64,000 nt of DNA from a bacterium (GCA_963662285.2 CAXXMV010000008.1:608001-672000), one strand, 5' to 3'; shown: positions 19,660-30,199, counted from the stretch's first letter. The notes: generated from the sequence alone by a model not told the origin. Translations and numbers: made by a program.

Positions 19660-19894
19660 CTATATAGTAAGTAATGAGTTTTTGATTTTTAACTTCGGGG
19701 ACGGTTTTTATTACAACGGCTGGATAATTCAATTCTGCCACAAACAACTTAACGCCGGTCAGTTCCAACCAGCGCTTGGCAAGAGATATTTGCGTTGATT
19801 TCCCCAAACTATAGAGTCTTTCAACTGCAATCAACTTGCCCTTATGAGTCTTACGAGCACAAATCACGGGTTTATCCGTTCGATTTAAAGGCAA
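19660..19894 (-). pseudogene. Degenerate N-terminal fragment of a thymidylate-kinase-like P-loop protein
   Basis: KGKLIAVERLYSLGKSTQISLAKRWLELTGVKLFVAELN resembles the dTMP-kinase GKLIxxEGxDGxGKSTQ start; P-loop glycines are lost and the rest is absent. Confidence 0.6.
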
Positions 19895-20074
19895 TGAAAA
19901 CTACATCAAGTAATCTAACTACACGCGATTACAAAAAATAAAAGGATTATAGCGTTTTTCTTGAATCGAGCTTAATTATACCAACAAAACCTATATTTCC
20001 AATCGGGGCGTCATCTTATTTCAGTAATCCAGGATATCCAGTACATGATGCCGAACCAGTTATATTCAACTCAA

Positions 20075-21313
20075 TCAGTTCAATACCGTCGTTTTCAGCA
20101 CCGCCAAGGCTTCATCAAGATTATGCCCCCTGCTGGAGAGAATACGGAGAATAGTCTCTTCAACCACTTTATCCGGCGTTGAAGCTCCTGATGTGACGCC
20201 CACCGTCAACGGTCCATCGGGCAGCCAGTTTTTTGTTGTAATTTCTTCAGCATCGTTAGGTAGTTTATGGCGAATTTCAGTATTGGAGATGATGCAATCT
20301 GATTCACAAATATGAAATGTCGGGGCGAAGCGGGTTCCGATTTCTGAAAGATGGTTAGTGTTACTGCTGTTATAGCCGCCGACAACGATTATCAAATCCG
20401 GTTTTTTCTCTCCCAGTTCTATAATGGCATCCTGTCTTTCCTGCGTCGCGCTGCAAATGGTGTCGAAGGCGCGAAAATGATTTTCCAGGTTTTCTTCCCC
20501 ATAACGCACGGACATAACCTTTTGGATAATATTGGAAATATGCATCGACTCACTGCTCAGCATAGTGGTTTGATTGGCTATACCAACGCGCTGCAAATCT
20601 TTATCCGGATCAAATCCCGGACTGACGGCTTTATTGAAATGAGACAGGATGGATTCTTTACTACTATTTCCATAAATAAAATCACAAACTATTTCGGCTT
20701 CTTTCTCATCCCGGACAATTAAATAAGAACCGTTGAAATTTAATGCGCGCGAACTGGTTGCTATGGTCTCTTCGTGATAGTACTTGCCATGAATCAGGGA
20801 AGTGAAATTATCCTTGGCGTTTCGCTCCACGCGCTTCCATACATTCATCACCGAGCCGCATGTTGTATCAACTAAGGTACAGCCGATCTTCAGCAGGCGA
20901 TCCATATCCTCAGCTGATGCGCCGAAAGCGGGAAGAATCACTACATCATCATTTTTAACTTCACTGAAATCACAGTTATCAGATCCGCCGCCGCTGAGAA
21001 AGCGAATGCCCATCTCTTTCAATTTACGGTTAACCCGTGGATTGTGGATAATCTCGGTAGTGATATAGATCATGCGGTCAGGAAATTTCATGCGCGTCTC
21101 ATAGGCGTAATCAACCGCCCGGTCCACGCCATAGCAAAAACCAAATTCTTTAGCCAACAGAATTTGTAAATTCTCAAAACGCAAGGTTGATCCATGTTCA
21201 CGCAGTGAATTAACCAGTTCGCTCTTATATTCCTGCGCTAAAGTTTCGGCCACATTATCCTTGAGGCCGAATCCTCTGCGATTTATTGCCATACGAGATT
21301 CACGATTAGGCAT
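20075..21313 (-). CDS. ispH: 4-hydroxy-3-methylbut-2-enyl diphosphate reductase (long type)
   Basis: FGFCYGVDRA, IIHNP, DTTC, HEET, NQTTM, DTICSATQERQ, GGYNSSNT and TSGASTP. Start chosen at ATG with GGAG RBS. Confidence 0.96.
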   Translation of the reverse strand: MPNRESRMAINRRGFGLKDNVAETLAQEYKSELVNSLREHGSTLRFENLQILLAKEFGFCYGVDRAVDYAYETRMKFPDRMIYITTEIIHNPRVNRKLKEMGIRFLSGGGSDNCDFSEVKNDDVVILPAFGASAEDMDRLLKIGCTLVDTTCGSVMNVWKRVERNAKDNFTSLIHGKYYHEETIATSSRALNFNGSYLIVRDEKEAEIVCDFIYGNSSKESILSHFNKAVSPGFDPDKDLQRVGIANQTTMLSSESMHISNIIQKVMSVRYGEENLENHFRAFDTICSATQERQDAIIELGEKKPDLIIVVGGYNSSNTNHLSEIGTRFAPTFHICESDCIISNTEIRHKLPNDAEEITTKNWLPDGPLTVGVTSGASTPDKVVEETILRILSSRGHNLDEALAVLKTTVLN

Positions 21314-21662
21314 TAAAAACTCCCGAAGATTAAGATTCATAGTAGTTTACCACCGGTATTGCGTAAAGCAACTCCAGGATTATCCTTTTAATCCGTGTTG
21401 AAAAAAGAGTTTTCATTCAGTATTCGATCTAAAACCAATATTGAAATAATTCTTTAATTTATCTGACGATCATGGAAATAATCTTATTCTTTTTATAGAA
21501 AAAACTGTTCTTGCATAGAAAAACGTAATGAGAGCCAAAAAGCAACGCATAAACCTTTGTATCAATATTATCTCTTCTATAGAAAAAAAAGAGCGTGAGA
21601 AAGTTAAAAAAATGTTATTTATTCATGAGAGGAAGCACTTATTGAGGAGCATACGGAATGTT

Positions 21663-23543
21663 TCAAATTTGCTTTAATTGCAGGGCAGTTTCATTGAATA
21701 ATTTTCCATTCATTTTCATCGCCCTCTGCATATCATTGAAGAAATCAGAACAGCGCTGGTAGGCCTCTTGATTGACTTGCGCTGAATCGCCTCCGAAAAG
21801 ACTGGATGGCCCTCCCTGCCCCAATATCAATAGCGTTGAACGGGAACAAAGAGTCGTGCAAAGATTGAAAGCCTTTTCTTCGTCCTTCAACATTTTAAAA
21901 AACGATTTCATCAGTTTAATCATATCATTTCTAAATGAAGTTGCTGCAGGATTGATTTCATTCAATTGTTCCATCAATCGATTAAAACCACGATTGGCTC
22001 GTTGACAGGCCTCTGACAAAATTTTTAAATCATTGCATAGACTTAAATGTTTATACCCTAAATCCGGCTTGAGGCTGCTTGCAAGAAATGCAGCATCCAC
22101 AGTGTACTTACAATATTGCGTCAAAATATCATTAATATCCACATAAGGAGCGCCTTCAATACGCGCTCCCTTGAGAGAGGTATTATAAACCGGCGCTGCG
22201 CATCCTTTAATCAATTCTGTAAATGTATCCAGGTAGTGTTTATAAAGTCCACTGGTCTGCACTATCCCGTCATTATTAGACGTCACTGATAACAATAGTT
22301 CGCTTTCACGCTCCGGTTGATCAAGTTTATTCTGCATCGCTCCATCGGAATACCATTTTTCATCTGGAAAAGCCAGATCATTGCCGATGAGGATTATGGG
22401 GCTGCATCCCATCATCCGTGCGGCATGCATGGCGATATGCGCAGTTGATCCATAAGAGACAAGGCCGCCCACTGATCCAAACCCATCCAGCGACCGCAGA
22501 ATCTGAGTAGCGCCCGGAGCAAAATTTACTGCACCGCAATGATCATAGAAAAAAGTGCGCCCCCGGTAACGTTCTGATATGGAAGGATCAATTCCTGGAA
22601 AAGCCAGCAGGATCGTTTTATCATTTTCAATGGTCTCGAAATGCCGGGCATTCAGTTCAGTAAAATCAAGACTAACGACCAGGTCGGATGAGACGCCATT
22701 ATTCAACAAGATGGGATGCGCGGTATCGATGGTGATCCAAAGCGCCCTATCTCTATAAGCGGTAATCTGCGGCAACGCATCTTGCAGGCTTGGACCGGGA
22801 GCGATAATAAACGCCGGAACTCCAACCGCCGCACTATGCAGCCGGTTAAAAGGCGCCCCTTGCAGCATGAAACGCAGATTAGTCAGCACATTAGATAGTA
22901 TGGTCTTGCCCTGAATTTCAGTCGTCTTAAATTTCAATGCTTCAGTTTGAATAGATAGATTGATAGCCGAACTTAATTGCTGGATATATCCGGCGTACAA
23001 ACCTTTGGCGACATTACTCAAAGCCATCTGGATGCCCTGCCCCCGCATACGGTGACAATTTGATCCACTGAATAAAAGACGGGCAACCTGCTCTTCCGGC
23101 AATCTTACCGCAAAACGCACCCGTGAAGCTGATATTAGTTTAGTAAAATCCATGACATGTAAAGCGGCGGCGAACAAGTCGATATCCGGTTCGACGATCC
23201 ATATTGATGTATCATTATCCGACAGTTCAAAAAGAGCCATTGGATAATAACCGGCGCCGAAACCCAATAACAGAACATGGGCGTTTCTGTGAAATCCCTC
23301 ACCCAGATTTCTAATCCATTGCTCCGCTTCCAACCTGGGCTTTTCAGTATGACACAGCGCCGCCATTTGCCCTGATTCCAGCACAATACCAAGCAGCGGC
23401 GAACCATCAACAGCACGCGATTCAACAAACCGTTGCGACGCTGGCAGACATTTCAACTGACGGGCGAGTTCCGGTTCGCGTTGTTCAAGCGCTTCCAGAT
23501 TGCGCCGCCAATAAGTTTGGTTATTATATGGACTTGTTACCAT
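21663..23543 (-). CDS. Second Maf / DUF115 family protein
   Basis: GFGAGY, IAPGPSL, TIDTA, GSTAH, IILIGNDLAF and NTSLKGARIEG motifs. Confidence 0.87.
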   Translation of the reverse strand: MVTSPYNNQTYWRRNLEALEQREPELARQLKCLPASQRFVESRAVDGSPLLGIVLESGQMAALCHTEKPRLEAEQWIRNLGEGFHRNAHVLLLGFGAGYYPMALFELSDNDTSIWIVEPDIDLFAAALHVMDFTKLISASRVRFAVRLPEEQVARLLFSGSNCHRMRGQGIQMALSNVAKGLYAGYIQQLSSAINLSIQTEALKFKTTEIQGKTILSNVLTNLRFMLQGAPFNRLHSAAVGVPAFIIAPGPSLQDALPQITAYRDRALWITIDTAHPILLNNGVSSDLVVSLDFTELNARHFETIENDKTILLAFPGIDPSISERYRGRTFFYDHCGAVNFAPGATQILRSLDGFGSVGGLVSYGSTAHIAMHAARMMGCSPIILIGNDLAFPDEKWYSDGAMQNKLDQPERESELLLSVTSNNDGIVQTSGLYKHYLDTFTELIKGCAAPVYNTSLKGARIEGAPYVDINDILTQYCKYTVDAAFLASSLKPDLGYKHLSLCNDLKILSEACQRANRGFNRLMEQLNEINPAATSFRNDMIKLMKSFFKMLKDEEKAFNLCTTLCSRSTLLILGQGGPSSLFGGDSAQVNQEAYQRCSDFFNDMQRAMKMNGKLFNETALQLKQI

Positions 23544-23652
23544 TGCTATTCATCCTATGATTCAATCATACTACAGCTGCCTGGAGTAACAAACAGACCG
23601 AATTAATATATGGTAATTAAATCCTACAATACAAAAAAATATATCGGGAACC

Positions 23653-24771
23653 ATGCGCATATTAGTCATAGATAAAACCGCCGGATTGGAATCATCCCAC
23701 CAACGGCATCAAGCTTTAGCACAGCAGCCTGACGTCAAACTGCATGTTCTTGGTCCGCGTCATTGGATAGAGAGCGGCCGGGATATCAGATGGAATCCGG
23801 TTGATTGTAATTATCACATCCATTCCGGCAAAGTTTTTTATAAGGATTATTACGCCAGAGCCGGTTATTACTCTGGCTTATGCCGCGCAATCGCAAGCGC
23901 TAAGCCGGATATAATCCAGCTGCTGGAAGAACCTTGGTCTATTTCCGCCCTCCAAACAATACTGGCCGCCTCTGTTTTTGCTCCGAATGCGCACATTCTG
24001 TTTTATACCTGGGAAAATATATACCGCGATTGGACTTATCCCGCCCGCGCATCTAGGCTTTACGCCATGATCGATAAATTCTCCCATAGGCGGTCTACCG
24101 CCGCAGTCTGCGCAACCAGGAGCGCTGAAGATGTCTTACAGAAAAAGGGATACTCCAAAAAAACCGCCGTCATCCCATACGGTATACCGGATTATTTCCT
24201 CGATGACGCAGAGCCTGTAACCAGTAATAAACGCCCGTTCACCTTGGGTTATATCGGTAGAATAATACACATGAAAGGCATTGATTTACTGCTTGAAGCC
24301 GTAAAATCGATCCCTGATGCGCGACTGATTATAGTAGGCTCTGGCGAAGATGAGGAACAATATAAACAGTGGTCTCTTAACAATGGAATCCAAGACCGCG
24401 TCGAATGGCGTTCACCAGTTACCGAACATCAGGTGCCAGCATTGATGGATCAATTCGACGCTTTCGTGCTGCCCTCGCGCAGTACGCCGGGTTGGATGGA
24501 GCAACTGGGACGCTGCGCCATAGAAGCCATGGCGCGTCGAATCCCGGTCATTGGTTCAACCTCAGGCGCCATCCCGGAAGTTATTGGAGAGGCTGGCTTA
24601 TTGTTTGATGAAGGCTCGGTTAAATCGCTTATAGAACAAGTATGGCATATACGCAATAACGAAAACCTACGGCATGAGTTGGGACAAAAAGGCCGCGACA
24701 GAGTTCAACAGCGATTTACCTGGGAATGTTTCGCCAGTAATATCTGTGACTTTTACAGGACTCTTACATGA
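23653..24771 (+). CDS. Glycosyltransferase family 4
   Basis: GYIGRIIHMKG and VLPSRSTPGWMEQLGRCAIEAMA (EX7E) motifs. Confidence 0.92.
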   Translation: MRILVIDKTAGLESSHQRHQALAQQPDVKLHVLGPRHWIESGRDIRWNPVDCNYHIHSGKVFYKDYYARAGYYSGLCRAIASAKPDIIQLLEEPWSISALQTILAASVFAPNAHILFYTWENIYRDWTYPARASRLYAMIDKFSHRRSTAAVCATRSAEDVLQKKGYSKKTAVIPYGIPDYFLDDAEPVTSNKRPFTLGYIGRIIHMKGIDLLLEAVKSIPDARLIIVGSGEDEEQYKQWSLNNGIQDRVEWRSPVTEHQVPALMDQFDAFVLPSRSTPGWMEQLGRCAIEAMARRIPVIGSTSGAIPEVIGEAGLLFDEGSVKSLIEQVWHIRNNENLRHELGQKGRDRVQQRFTWECFASNICDFYRTLT

Positions 24772-26216
24772 ACCAAACCAATTCTGATTCGGGCATCGGA
24801 TCGCGTATAACCCGCTTTGGAGCGATTCTGACTGTCAGCGGCGTCTTATGCAAGTTGCTACTGCTGGTCTATACCGTGATGGCGATGGATATCCTCGGCC
24901 CGGAACAGTTCGGGCGCATCGAGTATTTTATCGAGATGGCCATCATCTTCAGCGTGCTGGTTGATTTTGGACTGGAACAGACCGTCACCCGCGAAATCGC
25001 CCGGCGCCGTGATGACTTGCAGAAAGTTCTTTATCCACTGCTGGCCTTCCGCTTCACCGCATCAATTCTAGGCGCGGTAGTGATGACCATTTTCATGCGC
25101 ACCTTAGCCCAGCCGGGTCATACCTGGCCGCTGTTGCTCTGTTCGTTAACCTATTTCATCACCATAACCAACGTCATGTTGATCCGGGCCATAATGCGCA
25201 GTTTTGAATTGATGGCCTATGAAGGTTTAGCCAATATACTTGATAAGATTATCCATATCGGATTAGCGGTGCTGATCCTCCTGACGCTGCCCAGATTGCC
25301 GCTGATAGCGCTGTGCTATACTGCCGGATCACTAACCACTCTGGCTGTATCTTTCTACATTATTATTTCCCGCTATGGCATTCAATATACCAAATATTCA
25401 ATCAAAGACTGGATCGACTGGCAAAAACTGGCGCTTCCTCTCGGCTTATCAGCAGCCTGCATTCTGCTGCTGCACCGCGAAGACACCGCTATGGTAAACT
25501 GGATGTGCGGCGACGAAGAGACCGGGCTGTACCGCTATCCCTACCGCTTCCTTGAAGGATTATTCCTGCTGCCCCAGGTTATCGCCATCTCGGCCTACCC
25601 GATATTTTCCAAGTTATTTCACGAAAACCGCCCCTTCCAACAGACCGCCGTCGACCTGCTGCGCGGTCTTATGATTGTAAGCCTGCCCATCGCCGCAGGA
25701 GGAACCTACATCGCTCTCGACATGATCCACTGGTTTGAACCGGATTTGGGGATTAAAAGCGGCAGGATATTTCAATTGCTGCTATGGTCGCTGCCCTTCA
25801 TATACGCCAACTTTTTATTGGGAACCATATTAAACGCCACTGACCGACAACACCTCAACGTCCGTGCCAGCGCATGGGGATTGCTGAGCAACGCCGTCTT
25901 CAATATTCCAGCCATATACTTTTACGGCGCCTACGGGGCATCGGTGGTCACCGTCCTGTCGCAAGGACTTTATTGCCTGATCATGCAGGGATACACACGC
26001 GATTTCCAACTGATCCAGGGATTAAAGCGCTACGCCGCCATCATCGGCGCCTGCCTCATAATGTACGGGGGATTAACCTATCTCAATCTACACTGGTACT
26101 GGTCAATACCTACAGGCATAATTATCTACGCCGCCGCCCTGATCCTGCTAAGGGGAGTCTCGCAAAAAGACATCAATAACCTGATTAAGATTGGATTCAA
26201 AAAGAGCGCAAAATAA
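24768..26216 (+). CDS. Wzx-type polysaccharide flippase
   Basis: LGPEQFG, VDFGLEQTVTREIAR, TGLY...RFLE; about 12-14 TM; ATGA overlap with the GT4 gene. Confidence 0.9.
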   Translation: MNQTNSDSGIGSRITRFGAILTVSGVLCKLLLLVYTVMAMDILGPEQFGRIEYFIEMAIIFSVLVDFGLEQTVTREIARRRDDLQKVLYPLLAFRFTASILGAVVMTIFMRTLAQPGHTWPLLLCSLTYFITITNVMLIRAIMRSFELMAYEGLANILDKIIHIGLAVLILLTLPRLPLIALCYTAGSLTTLAVSFYIIISRYGIQYTKYSIKDWIDWQKLALPLGLSAACILLLHREDTAMVNWMCGDEETGLYRYPYRFLEGLFLLPQVIAISAYPIFSKLFHENRPFQQTAVDLLRGLMIVSLPIAAGGTYIALDMIHWFEPDLGIKSGRIFQLLLWSLPFIYANFLLGTILNATDRQHLNVRASAWGLLSNAVFNIPAIYFYGAYGASVVTVLSQGLYCLIMQGYTRDFQLIQGLKRYAAIIGACLIMYGGLTYLNLHWYWSIPTGIIIYAAALILLRGVSQKDINNLIKIGFKKSAK

Positions 26217-26536
26217 GCTTGGGGGATATAACTCGACAATTATATTTCTGCAAGATATAACCAAAAATGCTTACTTCATTATAGTAATAGTCATAGAAAT
26301 AAGTAGATGTCGGCAACGCCGCCGCTGTCACGAATAATGACAAATGCATTGGCGCTGCCTGTAGCATCCGAGGCCGGGATATTTATCAGGTACCCGGATG
26401 TATGAATTGTTGTTGTATAGATGTTTTCATAATAACATTCTGATTTGCGATTCCAAGACCAATCCTCGCACCCTTATTGCACATTAAAACTGTTAACCTA
26501 TCGACCATTAAAAAACTCATATAGTTTAAATAATTA

Positions 26537-27037
26537 TCAAATATCCCGGCGCAAGTCTTCTAGATTAGTTTTAAATTCTTCAAACAGAATAAACTTGTAA
26601 CCAGAATACTTTTCGGATTTCTGTATATCTGTTTTAGGTTCTTGAGAAAAACTACTGGAAATCATTTGAAACAACGAATTCTTTTTGATGACAGCATCTG
26701 GAATTTTGATATAGCATTCACCATTTATCGGATCATGAATAATAGGCAGCACAAAATCATCCCCCGACAATTCTAAGCCTCCCTTCAGCGAGAAGGCCAC
26801 CACCTCCCGTTGAGACCTAAATCCAAACCTAACCGTCCTCTTCAAACAAGTTGGTTCGATAACAACCATATTCATATTATCCAAATCACCAAATAGAGCC
26901 TGCTTGGTCTTAAAACTGTAATAACTATCGCTATCTTCCTCCCGCCGTGAACATACTGTGCCATAAGCAATCCATTTCGATTGCATCATCAAGTCAACAA
27001 TAGACAAAGAAGATTTTTCATCGTATATTTCATCCAT
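26537..27037 (-). CDS. Hypothetical protein
   Basis: 166-aa ORF with AAGGAGG RBS; no recognised family. Confidence 0.6.
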   Translation of the reverse strand: MDEIYDEKSSLSIVDLMMQSKWIAYGTVCSRREEDSDSYYSFKTKQALFGDLDNMNMVVIEPTCLKRTVRFGFRSQREVVAFSLKGGLELSGDDFVLPIIHDPINGECYIKIPDAVIKKNSLFQMISSSFSQEPKTDIQKSEKYSGYKFILFEEFKTNLEDLRRDI

Positions 27038-27213
27038 ATATAATGCCCTCCTTCACAAAGAATTTATCCCCCAGCCACACAAATAGAAATTGTCTTAACT
27101 TATTTGTCATAAATAAATCAAAGTGAAGAAAACAATAACAAAAGAATAAAAAAACTTATCTTTCGTATTTTAGTAAAATACAAAAGATTCCTCAATAATC
27201 GCAAATACCTATT

Positions 27214-27237
27214 TTTGTAAGTATAATTACCTACAAA
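27214..27237. promoter_or_regulatory. Imperfect palindrome, possible response-regulator site
   Basis: TTTGTAAGTA-TAAT-TACCTACAAA (10-bp arms, 1 mismatch) between the NarL-type regulator gene and the next gene. Confidence 0.35.
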
Positions 27238-27433
27238 TGTTAGGTGCTTAATAGCAATCAAATGGGGAGTAAAATAAGTTACAACACTATAAAAAGTAGA
27301 TATTGAGAACCAGCAAGAAAATTTGAAATAACTGTAATTAGAGCGATTTTCAAAAAAATGTTCGTTTATGATAACTTTTGATCTTCGAAAAAGCCAATCA
27401 GAACATTGTTATGACAACTACTCTAGAATTATT

Positions 27434-28066
27434 TCATGATTTATACATCCGTGAAATCGCAAGTTTTATAAGATCAGAAAGAGAATCCACATTCATTTTT
27501 GTTTTGATGCGCTCGAAGTGGCTGCCAACCGTTTTAACGCTCATACAAAGTTTTTCGGCTATCTGTCCGCGCCTAAATCCAAGCGATAGCAATTCGAATA
27601 TCTCCATCTCCCGTTGGCTAAGCAATTTTTCCTCTGGTGATGATGAATAGCGCTTTTCAATTATGGTATTAGCCAGTTCACCGCTAAGGTAAATTTTCCC
27701 TTTCAGCACCTGACGAATAGCTTCGGGTAATAATTTAATAGAGTCGCTTTTTAAGAAATATCCTCTAGCTCCATCCCTTAGCGATTGTTCGACATAAACC
27801 GCCTCATCATGCATAGAAAGGATCATCACCGGGATAGGATTTTCGCTATGACTTAACTCACTAAGAAAATCAAGTCCGCTCTCATTATCTTTTGAAAGGG
27901 GAAGGTCAAGAATGATTATATCAGGTCTTTTTATTTTTAATGCTTTGCGAACAGTAAACAAGTTGTCAGCATCACCACATACCGAGAAGTCTTCTTCTTC
28001 TTCAAGGATTTTGATCAAACCTTCCCGAACTACTGAATGATCATCCACTACAAAAACATCTACCAT
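27434..28066 (-). CDS. NarL/FixJ family response regulator (REC + LuxR HTH)
   Basis: VVDDHSVVREG, ILSMHD, LSQREMEIF...MSVKTVGSH. Start moved to MVDVFVV (GGAGG RBS). Confidence 0.92.
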   Translation of the reverse strand: MVDVFVVDDHSVVREGLIKILEEEEDFSVCGDADNLFTVRKALKIKRPDIIILDLPLSKDNESGLDFLSELSHSENPIPVMILSMHDEAVYVEQSLRDGARGYFLKSDSIKLLPEAIRQVLKGKIYLSGELANTIIEKRYSSSPEEKLLSQREMEIFELLSLGFRRGQIAEKLCMSVKTVGSHFERIKTKMNVDSLSDLIKLAISRMYKS

Positions 28067-28296
28067 ATTAGCCCCCTCCCCCCCCACAAATAGTTGAGAA
28101 CTATCCTGGATTAATGGTACAAAGAAAACCTCAACGCTACAAGTGTTAATATACAACACAATTAATTTCTTAATATTTAATTTCACATACTTTTCATCAA
28201 AAAATGCACCCAGCGCAAAATTGAATCATATAAAAACAGCCTCTATATATCTGTTTAGATTCAGGAGAAAAACTACTAGAAATCATTTGAAGCAAA

Positions 28297-28332
28297 GAGA
28301 GCCTACTTTCCACCGAAAGTAGGCTCTCGTTT
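28297..28332. terminator. Rho-independent terminator (likely for the minus-strand isomerase gene, possibly bidirectional)
   Basis: Perfect 14-bp stem GAGAGCCTACTTTC-CACC-GAAAGTAGGCTCTC, flanked by AAA and GTTTT. Confidence 0.8.
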
Positions 28333-28379
28333 TAATTTTATAATAATCAGATTTTTCAGTTGTAAACGGCGCCGCTCGT

Positions 28380-29816
28380 CTAGACTTCCTCGACGACTTT
28401 CATACCCATCAACCGGGATAGGTGATAAAGGTTATCCATGTGGTCTCCGTAGAATACCACCCGGTGCAGCAGGGTCATGGCATCCTCCGTCTCAAGGACG
28501 CTGCTCCAGTTGGCGGCCATCTTCTTCGCGTCGCGAACTTCGGTGACGATCTGGGTGCGACAACCGTGAACCGACTTTTCTGGAACTTCGATAATCTTGC
28601 CTGTAGAAGCGAGTATGGTATCCAGGTTGACCAGTTTGGTGCGGGTGATGGTTTCTCCAAGACGGTATTGAACCTCAGGAACGCAGCCGCTTCCACTGAC
28701 CTCGGAATGCCCGCGCAGCAGGTAGGGCGCTTCTTTGCCATCCTTGCCGTCCATTTTCAGAGGCGCCGTGCAATGGGCGGTCCAGAGAGCGTTACGGGAT
28801 GTGTCAAACGTGGCGTTGCCCTGGAATCCAGGTTGATCGATTGCGTATTGGAATAGGAGCATGGTCAACAATGAGTCCATATCACCTTCACATGCAGCAG
28901 GGATGCCGTTGTCGCGCAGGCGGGTAAATCCCAGGCAGGGGAATCCTTTTGATAACCATCCCATACAGGTTCCAATGGCTAACCCTTGGGCTTTTTCCTG
29001 CTCAACGAGGTTCTGCAGCGCAATACTAACGCGGGCAGCCTTCCTGATGTCCTCTTTATCTGGCTCTATGATTTCCTTCGCGTTATTGGTCCAGCGGTCA
29101 ATTTCGGCTTGAACATCATTGTCTTTAGCTTCGGCGATCTTGTCACTGAAAGCCTTCTCTTCGATGGCCACCACATCGGCCCCTAAAAACTGCTTTATTT
29201 TATCGGGAGACTTTGCGGGCGTAGTACCCTGAGCTGGTGGAAAGAGTAGAATTCGAGTCTGCTGCATCATAGGAATAACTCTCAGCAGACGCAGGGCGCG
29301 TTCGAGTTCACTGTTGTAGTCGCTGCTGGAAAGAAGAGTGACGCGATGTCCCTGATGATGCCAACGGGGAGCATACATCCAATCGTGACCGCTGGCCGGC
29401 AGAGAGTATACCGCCAGGGGATGAGCGCCATCAAGAATGGGCTGCACCACTCTTGTTAAAGCAAAGTTTTGTACGTTGATCGCAAGAACCGGCGCCTTCG
29501 GCCCGGCTTTCTTCAATATATCCGCTGTTTGCTCAGCGCTGCTCGATTGCCCCACTATTAATTCAATGTTTCCCAGTTTCTTTTCCACTTTGGTTAGGCG
29601 CTTTTTCATTGCTTCTACCTGAATTGCGCCGACTCCCCAATTACGGTCCTCAGATACAGGCGTTCCCGTAATGATTACGCAAATCCGACACTTTTCCCGG
29701 CGTGGAGTAGGCGCTGACTGCGAATATCCCATCTGCGCCCAGGATGCATTGGCGAGCAACATTCCACCAGTCACTCCTGTTCCCAAAAATGCCCTTCTAT
29801 TACAGTGTTCACACAT
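28380..29816 (-). CDS. Tat-exported L-fucose/L-arabinose isomerase-like protein
   Basis: NRRAFLG twin-arginine signal; PCLG...ACEGDMD, AHCT, CRTQ and HRVVFYGDH motifs; GGAGG RBS. Confidence 0.75.
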   Translation of the reverse strand: MCEHCNRRAFLGTGVTGGMLLANASWAQMGYSQSAPTPRREKCRICVIITGTPVSEDRNWGVGAIQVEAMKKRLTKVEKKLGNIELIVGQSSSAEQTADILKKAGPKAPVLAINVQNFALTRVVQPILDGAHPLAVYSLPASGHDWMYAPRWHHQGHRVTLLSSSDYNSELERALRLLRVIPMMQQTRILLFPPAQGTTPAKSPDKIKQFLGADVVAIEEKAFSDKIAEAKDNDVQAEIDRWTNNAKEIIEPDKEDIRKAARVSIALQNLVEQEKAQGLAIGTCMGWLSKGFPCLGFTRLRDNGIPAACEGDMDSLLTMLLFQYAIDQPGFQGNATFDTSRNALWTAHCTAPLKMDGKDGKEAPYLLRGHSEVSGSGCVPEVQYRLGETITRTKLVNLDTILASTGKIIEVPEKSVHGCRTQIVTEVRDAKKMAANWSSVLETEDAMTLLHRVVFYGDHMDNLYHLSRLMGMKVVEEV

Positions 29817-30029
29817 AGCGATAGCCTCCAAGTGATAAATGTATTTCCCATTCATATTGATAAATGAACCAGTTTGTAAATTTCAACTTATTCTATCACA
29901 CCTGAATACTATATATCTAGCGAATATTTGGAAAATCATATGTTTTTGTTTAATTTCGAGAAACTTCGTTTAGTATGAATTTTCGTAACAGTTTAACCAC
30001 ATGAAGTTATAAAATAATAATTATGCTTT

Positions 30030-30140
30030 ATATAAAGCGTTTAGGCTAAGATTCTCCCCCCAAGTTTGGGGGGAGTTAGAGGGGGGTTGCGCTTCGACGA
30101 ATCAACCCCCACCTAACCTCCCCCAGGCTTGGGGGAGGGA
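30030..30140. repeat. Dispersed palindromic (REP-like) repeat, copy 2 (double unit)
   Basis: Inverted near-copy of 2899-2960, followed by a second inverted unit CAACCCCCACCTAACCTCCCCCAGGCTTGGGGGAGG. Confidence 0.8.
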
Positions 30141-30199
30141 TACGCGCTTCAATGGGCTGACATATTACGAATTCGCCTTGTTTCCCGGCTATAAATATT

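Noticed and set aside
18984-19667. 227-aa plus-strand ORF
   Set aside because: Antisense to the well-supported ROK kinase.
26290-26520. Short coding-like stretch on the minus strand (…ENIYTTTIHTSGYLINIPASDATG…)
   Set aside because: No in-frame start and no recognisable family; may be a gene relic but cannot be supported.
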